A DNA stretch of 64,000 bases from an uncultured Dehalococcoidales bacterium (GCA_964519615.1 CAZFIM010000001.1:112254-176253), one strand, 5' to 3'. Positions 1-10,533 are shown, counted from the stretch's first letter. The notes: a model not told the origin generated them from the sequence alone. Numbers and translations are program-made.

Positions 1-73
1 CAACACAATGTATTTCATGTCAGTCCTCGTTTCCTTGCCACAAAGTTTTGGCTCATCTATAATAAAGCGTTAT

Positions 74-147
74 CGGGGCGTAGCGCAGCCTGGTAGCGCG
101 CAGCGTTCGGGACGCTGAGGTCGGAGGTTCGAACCCTCTCGCCCCGA
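74..147 (+). tRNA. tRNA-Pro (anticodon CGG)
   Basis: Cloverleaf: acceptor CGGGGCG/CGCCCCG, D-arm GCGC-AGCCTGGTA-GCGC, anticodon stem CAGCG/CGCTG with loop TTCGGGA, T-arm GGAGG-TTCGAAC-CCTCT, discriminator A, no encoded CCA. Closely resembles E. coli tRNA-Pro. Confidence 0.85.
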
Positions 148-156
148 TTTCCTTTA

Positions 157-936
157 CTATCCTTCTGCCTTCTTGGCCTCTTCCCAAAGCTTATCCTGAT
201 CTTGGAGCGTCAGGTCTGCGATGTTGATTCCCTGCTGGCGGCAGCTCTGCTCCATATGCGTAAACCGGCTCAAGAAACGGCTGTTTGCCTCCCGCAGGGC
301 CATCTCAGAATCTATACCCAGCTTCCTGGCAATATTGACAAGGGTAAAAAATATATCTCCCAATTCCGCTACCTGTTCCTTGCGTCCGGCCGCATTTTTA
401 AATTCGCCTATCTCCTCCTCAAGCTTGGGCCAGATATCCCCGCTGTCCTCCCAGTCGAAACCAACCGAGGCCACGCGCCTCTGTATCGACTGGCTGTAGG
501 TCAGAGAGGGCATTTGTGTGGGCACGTTCTCCAGCAAGGAACCGCTTCCGCTGCGCTCCTCCTTTTTAAGTTCCTCCCAGCTCATCTCCACTTCTCTTAC
601 ATCGAGCGCCTGCTTGCGGTCAAAAACGTGCGGATGGCGTCGGATTAGCTTGGTATTGATACCGCGTATCACGTCTTCTATGCTGAATTCCCCCCGCTCG
701 GAAGCAATCTGCGCATGAAGCATTATCTGCAGCAGTAAATCACCCAGCTCGCTGCAGATTTCCTGCGGACGGTCGCGTTCGATAGCTTCGAGAGCCTCGT
801 AACACTCTTCCACAAGATAGGTCTTGAGCGATTGCCGCGTTTGTTTCTTATCCCATGGGCAGCCGTGCTCGCTGCGCAGTGTCGCTATAATGTCCTTCAA
901 TGTTTCGAATTTCCCCGTATCCTTGTATGACGGCAA
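157..936 (-). CDS. mazG: Nucleoside triphosphate pyrophosphohydrolase MazG (tandem MazG domains)
   Basis: 259 aa; EEXXE-type MazG motifs (LVEECYEALEAI, LEEEIGEF) in two repeats. Confidence 0.8.
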   Translation of the reverse strand: MPSYKDTGKFETLKDIIATLRSEHGCPWDKKQTRQSLKTYLVEECYEALEAIERDRPQEICSELGDLLLQIMLHAQIASERGEFSIEDVIRGINTKLIRRHPHVFDRKQALDVREVEMSWEELKKEERSGSGSLLENVPTQMPSLTYSQSIQRRVASVGFDWEDSGDIWPKLEEEIGEFKNAAGRKEQVAELGDIFFTLVNIARKLGIDSEMALREANSRFLSRFTHMEQSCRQQGINIADLTLQDQDKLWEEAKKAEG

Positions 937-1076
937 GATTAACCTCCGTAGTGCACTTAAGCTGGACAGTCTCTAAAACATTCTCCCTCCCCCCAAAACA
1001 CCTTATTATAAATAATAATGCCCACCGAAGGAACTTCTCTCTCCGGAGGGCAACCGTTCGTGTTTTTTTATTACGG

Positions 1077-1790
1077 CTACCTTCTCATGCCGAGGAACAT
1101 CAAGACAAAATAGAAAAGCTGCGCTACGGCCTGCAGCATGGCCGCAACATAGGTGAGAGCGGCAGCAGAAAGCACCGCGCTTGCACCTTCGTACTCTTGT
1201 GCGGATACCAGGCCGTTGGCACGCAGCATCTGCCTTGCTCTATCGCTGGCATTGAATTCTACGGGAAGGGTTACAATAGTAAAAAGCACGGCAAGTGCAA
1301 AAAGGCAGATTCCTATCAGTACCATTGTTGAGGCTATATCGCCGCTGCCGCGAATCAAAGCCATAATAACAAAACCGAATATAACGAAGATAAAACCCAG
1401 ATTGCTGCCCACGCTGGCCGCCGGCACCAGCGATGTGCGAAAACGTAGAAAACCGTAGCCGGTCTGGTCCTGGACGGCGTGACCGACTTCATGTGCTACT
1501 ATTCCCATCGCTGCCACAGACGGCGTTTGCGCCACTGCCGGAGAAAGGCGAAGGACCTTTTTGGCAGGATCGTAATGATCGCCCAGCCTGCTCCGCACCC
1601 CCTCAAGCTTAACATGGCCCAGATTATTTGCCCTCAGCAGTAAACCCGCCACATCCACTCCTCTCAGCCGCTGAGAATTGGCGATTTTTGAATATTTTTT
1701 AAACGTGGAATTCACCTTATACTGCGCATAGAGCATAAAGATGAAAGGAGGCAGCATAATTAAAAACCACAAAGGATCAAAGAAAAACAT
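1077..1790 (-). CDS. Putative neutral zinc metallopeptidase (Zn_peptidase_2 / YugP-like), membrane-associated
   Basis: 237 aa; HEVGH zinc-binding motif, N-terminal TM segment, C-terminal hydrophobic region. Confidence 0.65.
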   Translation of the reverse strand: MFFFDPLWFLIMLPPFIFMLYAQYKVNSTFKKYSKIANSQRLRGVDVAGLLLRANNLGHVKLEGVRSRLGDHYDPAKKVLRLSPAVAQTPSVAAMGIVAHEVGHAVQDQTGYGFLRFRTSLVPAASVGSNLGFIFVIFGFVIMALIRGSGDIASTMVLIGICLFALAVLFTIVTLPVEFNASDRARQMLRANGLVSAQEYEGASAVLSAAALTYVAAMLQAVAQLFYFVLMFLGMRR

Positions 1791-1851
1791 CTAAACCTGT
1801 GCACCTCTCTCTATATACTAAAACCGATTCTAATCAACGTCCTCCGTTTAG

Positions 1852-2811
1852 TCAAGACAGGATACCGCTCATAAAGGTGCGCTGACCTCTGATGAATTCC
1901 TGTGCCGAAACCTCATTTTTACCTTCCAATTGAACTCTAACAAGGGCAAGTATACCGTCCGCCGTTTCCACGCCCACAGGCGAGACCGCAGAGGCCGGCA
2001 AATCTTTGACCTTCCCGGGAGTGCCGCCGCCGGCCAGTGGAAAAGCTTCCACTATTTTCAATTGTTTATTCTGCCAGCGTGTATAACAACCGGGCCAGGG
2101 ATTGAGCGCTCGCACCTGCCTCGCCAGTTCAACGGCGCTCCGATGCCAATCTATAAGTCCGTCCTGCTTGGTCAGCATGGAAGTGTAAACCGCCTGGCTC
2201 TCATCCTGCGGCTGCGGCGTGATACTGCCGTTCAGCCAGAGCGGTAATATTTCAGCCAGCAAATCAGCGCCGGCTTGGGCCAGCCTTGTGGTTAAAGTTG
2301 CGGTCGTATCCCGCTCCAGTATATCCTCCGCACGCTGCCCCAGAATGGGACCGCTGTCCATTCCCTCGTCAAGCAACATAATCGTTACACCGGTACGGCT
2401 GTCTCCTGCCAATATGGCCGATGCCACGGGCGAGGCACCCCTGTATCTGGGAAGCAGGGATGGGTGCAGATTAATGCATCCGTGCTGAGGTATCGATAAT
2501 ATCTCACGGGGGATCATTTTGCCGTATGCTGCGACAACTGCAACGTCCGCCTTTATTTCTACAATCTGGCGTATTACATCCGCTGACTTTAGTGTTTCCG
2601 GGTGAAACACCGCCAGTCCTCTATCCACAGCAAACCGGCTCACCGCAGAGGGCATGAGCTTCCTTCCCCGCCCGGATGGTCTATCCGGCTGTGTGAATAC
2701 GGCCTCAATAGAGTAAGGCCCCGCCAGCAGCCGCTTGATGCAGGGTACGGCAAAAGCCGGAGTACCCAGAAAAATTGCCTTATAAATCACTGTTGGACTA
2801 TTTTTAAACAT
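1852..2811 (-). CDS. fmt: Methionyl-tRNA formyltransferase
   Basis: 319 aa; N-terminal IFLGTPAFAV...TQPDRPSGRGRKL formyltransferase signature, plus C-terminal Fmt domain. Confidence 0.9.
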   Translation of the reverse strand: MFKNSPTVIYKAIFLGTPAFAVPCIKRLLAGPYSIEAVFTQPDRPSGRGRKLMPSAVSRFAVDRGLAVFHPETLKSADVIRQIVEIKADVAVVAAYGKMIPREILSIPQHGCINLHPSLLPRYRGASPVASAILAGDSRTGVTIMLLDEGMDSGPILGQRAEDILERDTTATLTTRLAQAGADLLAEILPLWLNGSITPQPQDESQAVYTSMLTKQDGLIDWHRSAVELARQVRALNPWPGCYTRWQNKQLKIVEAFPLAGGGTPGKVKDLPASAVSPVGVETADGILALVRVQLEGKNEVSAQEFIRGQRTFMSGILS

Positions 2812-3032
2812 TTCTCCTTTTATGTCAAAAACCCCCTTGACACCTCTTCAATGAAACATGATAAGCTTATTATCGCTTGAGGGGCAACGCGAAAGCGTAA
2901 TATTTCCAGTAGATACTGCAATCTGTCTGAACCTATGTACATACTATTTTTTGCTGGTTAACAAGCGCTTTTTTGTCTTTCTCGCATTTTTTTAATTTGC
3001 TTTGTCGTCAATTTTGATTTGGAGTTGGATTA

Positions 3033-4385
3033 TTGAAATCTTGTCAGGATATTTGGGATGCGGCTCTGGGCGAAATGGAAATGGAAGTCTCCAGGCCTAA
3101 CTTCGAGACATGGCTTAAAGATACCCGGGGGATAAGCTACGATAGCGATCTTTTTACCGTAGCGGTGCCCAATACATTTATTGCCGAGTGGCTGGAAAAC
3201 CGGCTTCGCTCTCTGATAAAAAAAACATTAGCTACCATTATCGGCCGGAAGGTAAACGTCCAATTTATAGTGCAATCTATAGCCGGAGCTAGCGCTCCAG
3301 TGGCCGCCGGACTGCAAACAGACGGTGGAACCAGCGTCAGGTCGCCCGGACTGGCGCGGCGTGTCAGGGCTGCTGCCAGATATACCTTCAACAACTTCGT
3401 AACAGGCAAGTGCAACAGGCTGGCCTATGCAGCTTCTTTAGAGGTTGCCGAAAATCCCGGCACTATTTATAACCCGCTTTTTATCTACGGTGATACGGGC
3501 GTGGGGAAAACGCATCTTATGCAAGCGATAAGGCAAATGGCCAAAACCAGCGGCTATCATGTGCTCTATGTAAGCACCGAGAAGCTTACGAACGATTTTA
3601 TAGCCGCCATCCGCAGCGGCGAAGCGGAGACGTTCCGCAGTAAATACATCGGCGTGGATTTCTTGCTCGTTGATGATTTTCATTTCCTGAGCGGAAAGAC
3701 TCAAACTCAGGAGTGCTTTTTCCACATTTTTAATGACTGCTATGATGCAGACTGCCAGATTGTCCTCACCTGCGACTGCCCTCCTAAAGCTATCTCTTCC
3801 ATCAACAAGAAGCTGCGCTCGCGGTTGGAGTGGGGCCTGGTAGTGGGTATTGAAAGTCCGGACCTGGAAACGAGGCTCTCAATTCTTGCAGTAAAATCGC
3901 AGCAGCTGAAATTAAAAATTCCTGATGAGACCATGAATTTTATCTCCTCCTGTTTTCCGCATAATATCCGCGAGCTTGAGGGCGGCTTTAACAGGGTGGT
4001 GACATACGCCAAGCTCAGCGGCGCTCCCGTGAATATGGACATTGCCCAGCAGGCTCTGGCAGACCTTGTGCCCTGTGACAAAGAAAAAGATGTTACCCTT
4101 TCACCGCATCATATTGTGGAGATAGTGGCCAGTTACTATAACCTTGAAACGGATGCTCTGAAAAGTAAAAAGAGAGACAGGAATACCGCTTTGGCACGGC
4201 AAGTTGCCATGTATCTGCTGCGAGAGCAAAATAATCTGCCCTTGAACAAAATAGGCAATATTCTCGGAAACCGCGATCACAGCACGGTTCTATATGGATG
4301 TGACAAGATATCCACAGAGATGCAAAATAATGCACAGCTTAAAAAGGCTATTGAAACGCTCATTGACAGCCTTTCTCACAAATAG
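3033..4385 (+). CDS. dnaA: Chromosomal replication initiator DnaA
   Basis: 450 aa; TTG start with GGAG RBS; DnaA N-terminal domain, Walker A GDTGVGKTHL, C-terminal DnaA-box-binding HTH (HSTVLYG). Confidence 0.95.
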   Translation: MKSCQDIWDAALGEMEMEVSRPNFETWLKDTRGISYDSDLFTVAVPNTFIAEWLENRLRSLIKKTLATIIGRKVNVQFIVQSIAGASAPVAAGLQTDGGTSVRSPGLARRVRAAARYTFNNFVTGKCNRLAYAASLEVAENPGTIYNPLFIYGDTGVGKTHLMQAIRQMAKTSGYHVLYVSTEKLTNDFIAAIRSGEAETFRSKYIGVDFLLVDDFHFLSGKTQTQECFFHIFNDCYDADCQIVLTCDCPPKAISSINKKLRSRLEWGLVVGIESPDLETRLSILAVKSQQLKLKIPDETMNFISSCFPHNIRELEGGFNRVVTYAKLSGAPVNMDIAQQALADLVPCDKEKDVTLSPHHIVEIVASYYNLETDALKSKKRDRNTALARQVAMYLLREQNNLPLNKIGNILGNRDHSTVLYGCDKISTEMQNNAQLKKAIETLIDSLSHK

Positions 4386-4645
4386 TAATCCACTTTCTTC
4401 TCTGTTTTTCTGTTAGCAACCCCTGCATAACTCACTGCTGATAAGAAAATTAATGTTTATACACTCTAATAACTTTCACATTGATGCCGCATGTACCACT
4501 TCATTCTATCCACTCTTTGAACATCCGTTAATATTATAGTTATTATAGATACTATATACTATAAACATATAATAGATTGATACTATTATTAATAACTTAA
4601 AGCGCTGCATTGTGCGGCAGATACGGAATAGATACGTGGATAAAG
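4386..4645. other. Candidate oriC: AT-rich unwinding element plus DnaA-box-like 9-mers between dnaA and obg
   Basis: Roughly 4530-4600 is an extremely AT-rich island (tattatagttattatagatactatatactataaacatataatagattgatactattattaataactt). cgTGGATAA at 4635-4643 is an 8/9 match to TGTGGATAA. Weaker 7/9 boxes: TAATCCACT at 4386, CTATCCACT at 4506. Confidence 0.4.
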
Positions 4646-5691
4646 TAGAAATCAATGTAAAATCAGGTGACGGCGGCAATGGAGTGGTTAGTTTCAGACG
4701 TGAGAAATTTGTGCCTTTCGGCGGACCTGACGGAGGGGACGGTGGTGAGGGAGGAGGTGTGTATATAAGGTCTGATCGCAATGTGGATAACCTGTTTATA
4801 TACAGGCATAAGAGGCATTTTAAGGCTGAAAGAGGCAGGGATGGATCAGGGAGCAAAAAGCACGGGAGAAACGGTGAAAATCTGATACTTAAAGTACCTC
4901 TCGGGACGCTTATATATACTGTTGCAGACAGCCGGGAATACTTTCTGGCTGACCTTAACGAGGAAGGTCAGCAGGTATTGGTAGCGAAGGGAGGAAGGGG
5001 AGGTTTAGGCAATGTTCATTTTGCCACACCATCCTATCAGGCTCCTCAGAAAGCGACAAGCGGGGAGAAGGGGAAGGAGGTGGATTTATTGTTAAGTCTT
5101 AAATTGATAGCGGATATAGGCATTATCGGGTATCCCAATGCCGGTAAATCGACTCTTATGTCCGCAGTATCCGCTGCCAGGCCCAAAATAGCCGGTTATC
5201 CGTTTACTACTATCGAGCCTGTACTGGGGGAGGTAGCGGTTGGCAACAGGCATTTTATTATCGCTGAAATACCGGGATTGATTGAGGGTGCGCATAGCGG
5301 AAAAGGTCTCGGACATGATTTCCTCAGGCATGCAGAAAGGACAAAAGTATTAATCCACCTATTGGACGGCAGCTCAAAAACACTTCAGAATGATCTGCTT
5401 ACCCTTTCACAGGAGCTGGAGCTGTACAGTCATGAGCTCGCTGCCAAGGCAATGCTGGTGGTTATAAATAAAATAGACCTTCCCGAGGTAAGTGAAAGGA
5501 AAGCTGATATTGCCCGCGAGTTTTCCTCTGTAGGGATTAATGTCTATTTTATATCGGGCATGTCAGGAGAGGGCGTTGAGGAGCTTTTGAATGATGCGGT
5601 GAAAGTCCTTGCGGAGGTTGAGGGACAAATGAAGAATATCGAACCGCCTCCAAAGATATTTCGCCCGGTGCAAAAGGACGGGAAAGGATGA
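4612..5691 (+). CDS. obg: GTPase Obg/CgtA
   Basis: 359 aa; Obg fold with glycine-rich GDGGNG / GGDGGEGG repeats, G-domain GYPNAGKST, C-terminal extension. True start may be the in-frame GTG at 4636 (VDKVEI...). Confidence 0.9.
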   Translation: MRQIRNRYVDKVEINVKSGDGGNGVVSFRREKFVPFGGPDGGDGGEGGGVYIRSDRNVDNLFIYRHKRHFKAERGRDGSGSKKHGRNGENLILKVPLGTLIYTVADSREYFLADLNEEGQQVLVAKGGRGGLGNVHFATPSYQAPQKATSGEKGKEVDLLLSLKLIADIGIIGYPNAGKSTLMSAVSAARPKIAGYPFTTIEPVLGEVAVGNRHFIIAEIPGLIEGAHSGKGLGHDFLRHAERTKVLIHLLDGSSKTLQNDLLTLSQELELYSHELAAKAMLVVINKIDLPEVSERKADIAREFSSVGINVYFISGMSGEGVEELLNDAVKVLAEVEGQMKNIEPPPKIFRPVQKDGKG

Positions 5692-5692
5692 G

Positions 5693-6292
5693 ATGAAGGC
5701 GGGTATACTGGGAGGGACTTTCGATCCTGTCCATTGCGGCCATCTGGAGATAGCCCGCCGCGCGGCCGGCCAGCTAAAACTGGCAACGGTCATCTTTGTT
5801 CCGGCAGGGCAGCCCTGGTTGAAAACGGACCGCCGTGTTACCGCGGCTCACCACAGGGTCGCTATGCTGAAACTCGCAATGGAAGGCCAGCCCGGCTTTG
5901 AGATTTCCACAACTGAGGTGGAGAGAGAAGGACCGTCTTATACGGTTGATACCCTAAGAGAGATAAGGCGCATTGTGGACAAAAATACGGAGATCTTCTT
6001 CATAGTGGGGTGGGATACATTGGAGGAACTCCCATTATGGAAAGAGCCTGAAGAGCTGGTCCGGCTGTGCCGGCTGGTTGCTGTATCGAGGCCCGGGCAT
6101 CAGAGGCCGGATATTGAGGCTCTTGAGCATGCTGTGCCGGGGATTGTCAAGAGCACTATACTGCTTGAGATACCACCGATAGCTATCAGTTCAACGGAGA
6201 TAAGGGCGTATGTGAAAGCGGGAAAACCGCTGGACCAGCTGGTACCGGAGAAAGTAGCCGGTTATATAGGAATGCACAGACTATACATATAG
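5693..6292 (+). CDS. nadD: Nicotinate-nucleotide adenylyltransferase
   Basis: 199 aa; GGTFDPVHCGHL (HxGH) motif; adjacent to obg as in many bacteria. Confidence 0.85.
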   Translation: MKAGILGGTFDPVHCGHLEIARRAAGQLKLATVIFVPAGQPWLKTDRRVTAAHHRVAMLKLAMEGQPGFEISTTEVEREGPSYTVDTLREIRRIVDKNTEIFFIVGWDTLEELPLWKEPEELVRLCRLVAVSRPGHQRPDIEALEHAVPGIVKSTILLEIPPIAISSTEIRAYVKAGKPLDQLVPEKVAGYIGMHRLYI

Positions 6293-6344
6293 ATGGCAGA
6301 ATTCAAGTGGATGCCTGGCATCTCAGACAACGGCTGTTATGCCG

Positions 6345-8270
6345 CTAAATATCGAGGTTCTTAACGTTTCTAGCGTGTGCCTGGATAAAAGATTTACGCG
6401 GCGGTACTTCACTGCCCATAAGCATATGGAACACGCTGTCCGCTTTAATGGCATCGCTTACCTCCACTTTGAGCAGTGTGCGCGTTTCTGGATTCATAGT
6501 GGTCTGCCAGAGCTGCTCCGGACTCATCTCTCCCAGACCCTTATAGCGCTGTACCTCCACTTTCCTGTCTCCATTAAGCTCTTTGAGTTTTTGGTCACGT
6601 TCTCTGTCCGAGTATATCCAGAACTCTTTTTTACCCGCCTGTATGCGGTAGAGCGGCGGTTGGGCGATGAACAGGTGGCCCTCGTCAATGAGCTCCGGCA
6701 TATTGCGGTAGAAGAAAGTCAGGAGGAGTGTACGTATATGGGCGCCGTCCACATCGGCATCGGTCATGATAATGACACGGTTGTAGCGCAATTTGGAGAA
6801 GTCCGTCTGTTCGCCGATGCCGCTGCCGAGTGCGGTGATAATAGCACGAATCTCTTCGTGAAGCAGGATTTTATCCTGTGCGGCCTTCTCAACATTAAGG
6901 ATTTTCCCGCGCAAGGGCAGTATTGCCTGGAACCGCCGATCTCTTCCTTGTTTGGCTGAACCGCCGGCGGAGTCACCTTCAACAAGGTAGAGCTCGCAAT
7001 GTTCGGCATTTTTTTCAGAGCAGTCCGCCAGTTTACCCGGCAAGGTTCCCAATTCATTGCCGCTCTTTTTAAAGATCATGTCGCGAGCTTTGCGTGCCGC
7101 CTCTCTGGCTTTGGCCGAAACGAGGCATTTATCGATAATCGCTTTAGCGTCATCGGGGTGCTGCTCAAGATAAAGGGAAAGGCCGTCGGCGATAACGGAT
7201 TCGACCTGAGTCTTCACCTCCGGATTACCCAGCTTGGCTTTGGTCTGGCCCTCGAATTGCGGTTCGGATACCTTGACGCTTATTACCGCGGTGAGGCCGT
7301 CTCGAACATCTTCTCCGCTCAAATTGGGGTCTGTTTCTTTGAGCAGTTTGTTCTTGCGTGCATAATCGTTGAGAATTCTGGTCAGAGCTGAGCGGAAACC
7401 GGTCAGATGGCTGCCGCCGTCAATGGTATTCACGCAATTGGCAAAACTGCGCATAGACTCAGCCAGCCCGTTATTGTACTGTAGTGCTGCTTCAACAGTA
7501 GTGCTGTTGACGGCGCCGGACATATAAATGGGAATTTCATGCAAAACATGGCGGTTTCTATTGAAACGCCGTACCAGACTGGCAATGCCTCCCTCAAAAT
7601 AGTATGTCACTTCAAGATCGCGTATATCATCGCGGAAATAGATTTCCAGGTCCTTATTCAGATAGGCCAGTTCCTTAAAACGCTGAGCAAGGATATCGAA
7701 ATCATAGGCGATCTCTCCAAAAATCTCCTCATCAGCCATAAAGGTAATCGTGGTACCGGTGCTGTTTGCAGGACCGATAACTTTCACATCAGCCTGGGGG
7801 ATGCCTCTTTCGTATTGCTGAAAATATACCTGCTCCTGACGCCTGACTTCTACCTTAAGCCAGGAGGACAGTGCATTGACTACGGATGCACCAACGCCGT
7901 GCAGGCCGCTGGAAACCTTATATGTCCCGCCTCCGAACTTAGCGCCGGCATGCAGGATAGTCATCACCGCCTCCAGGGCGGACTTTTTGGTTTCCGGATG
8001 AATATCTACCGGTATACCCCGCCCCTGGTCGGTCACCGTTACAGAGCCATCAGGGTTAATGATGATCTCGGTGCGGTTTGAGCAACCTGCCATTGCCTCA
8101 TCGATGGTGTTGTATACTATTTCATAGACAAGGTGATGCAGTCCGTGCTGGTCTGTACTGCCGATATACATGCCCGGCCGTTTGCGTACCGCCTCCAGTC
8201 CGCCCAGTATACGGATATCCTCAGCATCATAATGCTCGTTGTTATTGTTGTTCATTTTCATTTGTGTCAT
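6345..8270 (-). CDS. gyrB: DNA gyrase subunit B
   Basis: 641 aa; GHKL ATPase, TOPRIM (EGDSAGG) and C-terminal GyrB motifs. Confidence 0.95.
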   Translation of the reverse strand: MTQMKMNNNNNEHYDAEDIRILGGLEAVRKRPGMYIGSTDQHGLHHLVYEIVYNTIDEAMAGCSNRTEIIINPDGSVTVTDQGRGIPVDIHPETKKSALEAVMTILHAGAKFGGGTYKVSSGLHGVGASVVNALSSWLKVEVRRQEQVYFQQYERGIPQADVKVIGPANSTGTTITFMADEEIFGEIAYDFDILAQRFKELAYLNKDLEIYFRDDIRDLEVTYYFEGGIASLVRRFNRNRHVLHEIPIYMSGAVNSTTVEAALQYNNGLAESMRSFANCVNTIDGGSHLTGFRSALTRILNDYARKNKLLKETDPNLSGEDVRDGLTAVISVKVSEPQFEGQTKAKLGNPEVKTQVESVIADGLSLYLEQHPDDAKAIIDKCLVSAKAREAARKARDMIFKKSGNELGTLPGKLADCSEKNAEHCELYLVEGDSAGGSAKQGRDRRFQAILPLRGKILNVEKAAQDKILLHEEIRAIITALGSGIGEQTDFSKLRYNRVIIMTDADVDGAHIRTLLLTFFYRNMPELIDEGHLFIAQPPLYRIQAGKKEFWIYSDRERDQKLKELNGDRKVEVQRYKGLGEMSPEQLWQTTMNPETRTLLKVEVSDAIKADSVFHMLMGSEVPPRKSFIQAHARNVKNLDI

Positions 8271-8601
8271 AAGCTGTTTAAACCTTGAAGAAAATACCGC
8301 CTTCGGGAGAAGGCCCCTGCTACGGGTAAAAAATATATTTGGAATAAAAACCCATATATTGTGTTAGATTAAATATACAATACTACTTATTCCAATTGTT
8401 ATTTTATCATATATATATCAATGATTAAAAGTAAAACGTGCCTGTAAAGGTATGGCCGTATGGCGGTAAATCTCTGTATAATAGAGAAGGCAGGTAGCAC
8501 GGGGAAGGCCTGAGGCTTATAATGTATATCAGGCAAACCGCCGGATATCGGGTGCTGCTCGTAGCGCTGCGCAAATAATGGTAGCTTGTACACATCTTGC
8601 G

Positions 8602-8631
8602 TTGACACGTAATCGTGAAGAATGGTACAAT
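8602..8631 (+). promoter_or_regulatory. Near-consensus sigma-70 promoter of the CODH/ACS operon
   Basis: TTGACA (8602-8607), 18-nt spacer, extended -10 TGgTACAAT (8623-8631), about 80 nt upstream of the acsE start. Confidence 0.45.
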
Positions 8632-8712
8632 ACCGCTTGTTTTGGCGCCGCCCGATTTTGATGCTACTATTCATTCCAGTGCGTATGCCCTAATCACGAG
8701 TAGGAGGATTAC

Positions 8713-9588
8713 ATGATCCTGATTGGTGAGAGCATTCACATCATTTCCAAACTGGTAAACGACGCAGTCACAGACCGTAACCCCAAGGTTATTCAGGAGC
8801 TTGCTAAGGCACAGACGGAGGCAGGAGCAGACTATATAGATGTTAACCTCGGTCCTGCTAAAAAAGACACTGAAGCCATGACAACCTGGCTGGTAAATGC
8901 CATTCAGGAAGTCACTGATTTACCGCTGGCGATAGATACACTCAATACGGTTGCCATGGAAGCGGGATTGAAAGCCTGCAAGGTCAGACCACTGCTGAAC
9001 TCTGCCTCCGGGCGAACCGACAGCAAAGAGAAAATGCTTCCTCTAGCTAAAAAATACAATACGGAGGTTGTCATCTCAGTTTTTACCGACAAAGGCTGTC
9101 CCCCTGATATGGACAGCAGGACAGAGAGCATTATGGAGACGGTTGCGCTGGCTGAAGAAATGGGTATCGCTATCGAAGACATTTATGTTGATCCAATCAT
9201 CTTGCCTATCAGTGCAGACCAGAAGCAGGTCGCAGAAGCCACCGAGTTTGTAGGCATCCTTCAGGACCTTTTCCCCGGCATAAAATCGACTGTTGGGCTC
9301 TCTAATGTATCAAATGGTACGCCGGAGCCGCTGCGCGGCATTTTAAACCGCACCTATATGGTAATGCTGGAGCGCAAGGGTCAGTATTCAGCTATCGCCG
9401 ATGTGCTCGATAAAGAGCTGATGGCCATCAATAAGGGGCAGCGGCCCGATGTTGTCGATCTCATCCACAAGGTTATGGACGGTGAAGCAGTGGACATGGC
9501 CTCTCTCTCTAAAGAGATGCAGGACTATGTCAAAACAACGAAAGTATTAATGGGCGAGATGCTCTATTCACATGCCTGGCTTGATTAA
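8713..9588 (+). CDS. acsE: Methyltetrahydrofolate:corrinoid/iron-sulfur protein methyltransferase
   Basis: 291 aa; pterin-binding TIM barrel; N-terminus MILIGESIH...DYIDVNLGP is collinear with Moorella AcsE. Confidence 0.8.
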   Translation: MILIGESIHIISKLVNDAVTDRNPKVIQELAKAQTEAGADYIDVNLGPAKKDTEAMTTWLVNAIQEVTDLPLAIDTLNTVAMEAGLKACKVRPLLNSASGRTDSKEKMLPLAKKYNTEVVISVFTDKGCPPDMDSRTESIMETVALAEEMGIAIEDIYVDPIILPISADQKQVAEATEFVGILQDLFPGIKSTVGLSNVSNGTPEPLRGILNRTYMVMLERKGQYSAIADVLDKELMAINKGQRPDVVDLIHKVMDGEAVDMASLSKEMQDYVKTTKVLMGEMLYSHAWLD

Positions 9589-9627
9589 CTCGAGGCGGGA
9601 CATATTTCAGCCGTAAAGGAGTCTGCA

Positions 9628-10533
9628 ATGGAATATAAAGCACCTTTAGAAACATATAACGGCAAAGTGGCAGAAGTGACCATCGGTGAGGGAAGCAAGG
9701 CCGTTAAAATAGGCGGACAGAATATACTTCCCTTTCACTACTTTGAGGGGGAACAGACCAATAAACCGCTGGTTGCTCTTGAAATATGGGATACTGAGCC
9801 TGAAGGTTGGGCAGAAGGATTGCTTGAACCGTACAAAGGTGTAATCGGCGATCCGGCCGCATGGGCAAAGAAGAGTATAGAATACGGGGCAGACCTTATC
9901 TGTATACGGCTGGCAAGCACTGATCCGACGGGGAAGAACCGCACAGCGGATGAGGCCGCTGCAACGGTAAAGAAAGTTGCAGAAGCTGTTCCTGTGCCGC
10001 TGGTGATCTACGGCTGCGGGGACGAGGCTAAGGATGTGGCAGCGTTAACAAGGGTGGCTGAGGTATGCAGCGGCCAGAAGCTGCTTATAGGCCCACTTGT
10101 CAAAGAAAACTATGATCCTATAAGCAAGGCGGCGCTTGAGCACGGGCATAATATCATTGCTCAGACTCCCCTCGATATCAATCTCGAGAAAGAGCTCAAC
10201 GTAAAGCTGCTAAAGAGTTTTCCCCCGGATAGAATCGTTATCGATCCGCTCAGCTCCGGCCTGGGATACGGCATGGAGTACAGCTTTACAATTATGGAAC
10301 GTACGAGGCAGACAGCTGTAATGTTCGGCGATACCACTATGCAGATGCCTCTTATAGCAGACCTCGGCGGAGAGTGCTGGAAGACAAAACAGGCCAAAGC
10401 GAATAAAGAGCAGGGCATACTGTGGGAGGGAGTGACTGCCATGAGCCTGCTGCTCGCAGGCGCCGATATTTTGATTGTGCGTCACCCCGACAACTGCAGG
10501 TATATCAGAGAAGCCATAGATGGCTCTATGTAA
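9628..10533 (+). CDS. acsD: Corrinoid iron-sulfur protein small subunit (AcsD/CdhD-like)
   Basis: 301 aa; AEVTIGEG...IGGQNILPFHYFEGE resembles the AcsD N-terminus; AAGGAG RBS. Confidence 0.75.
   Translation: MEYKAPLETYNGKVAEVTIGEGSKAVKIGGQNILPFHYFEGEQTNKPLVALEIWDTEPEGWAEGLLEPYKGVIGDPAAWAKKSIEYGADLICIRLASTDPTGKNRTADEAAATVKKVAEAVPVPLVIYGCGDEAKDVAALTRVAEVCSGQKLLIGPLVKENYDPISKAALEHGHNIIAQTPLDINLEKELNVKLLKSFPPDRIVIDPLSSGLGYGMEYSFTIMERTRQTAVMFGDTTMQMPLIADLGGECWKTKQAKANKEQGILWEGVTAMSLLLAGADILIVRHPDNCRYIREAIDGSM

Noticed and set aside
2812-3032. Search for DnaA boxes and oriC upstream of dnaA
   Set aside because: Only 6/9 matches (for example TTATCGCTT); no AT-rich DUE. The dnaA-obg spacer is the better oriC candidate.
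6339-6959. 206-aa plus-strand ORF overlapping the gyrB 3' end
   Set aside because: Antisense to gyrB, with no RBS or motifs.
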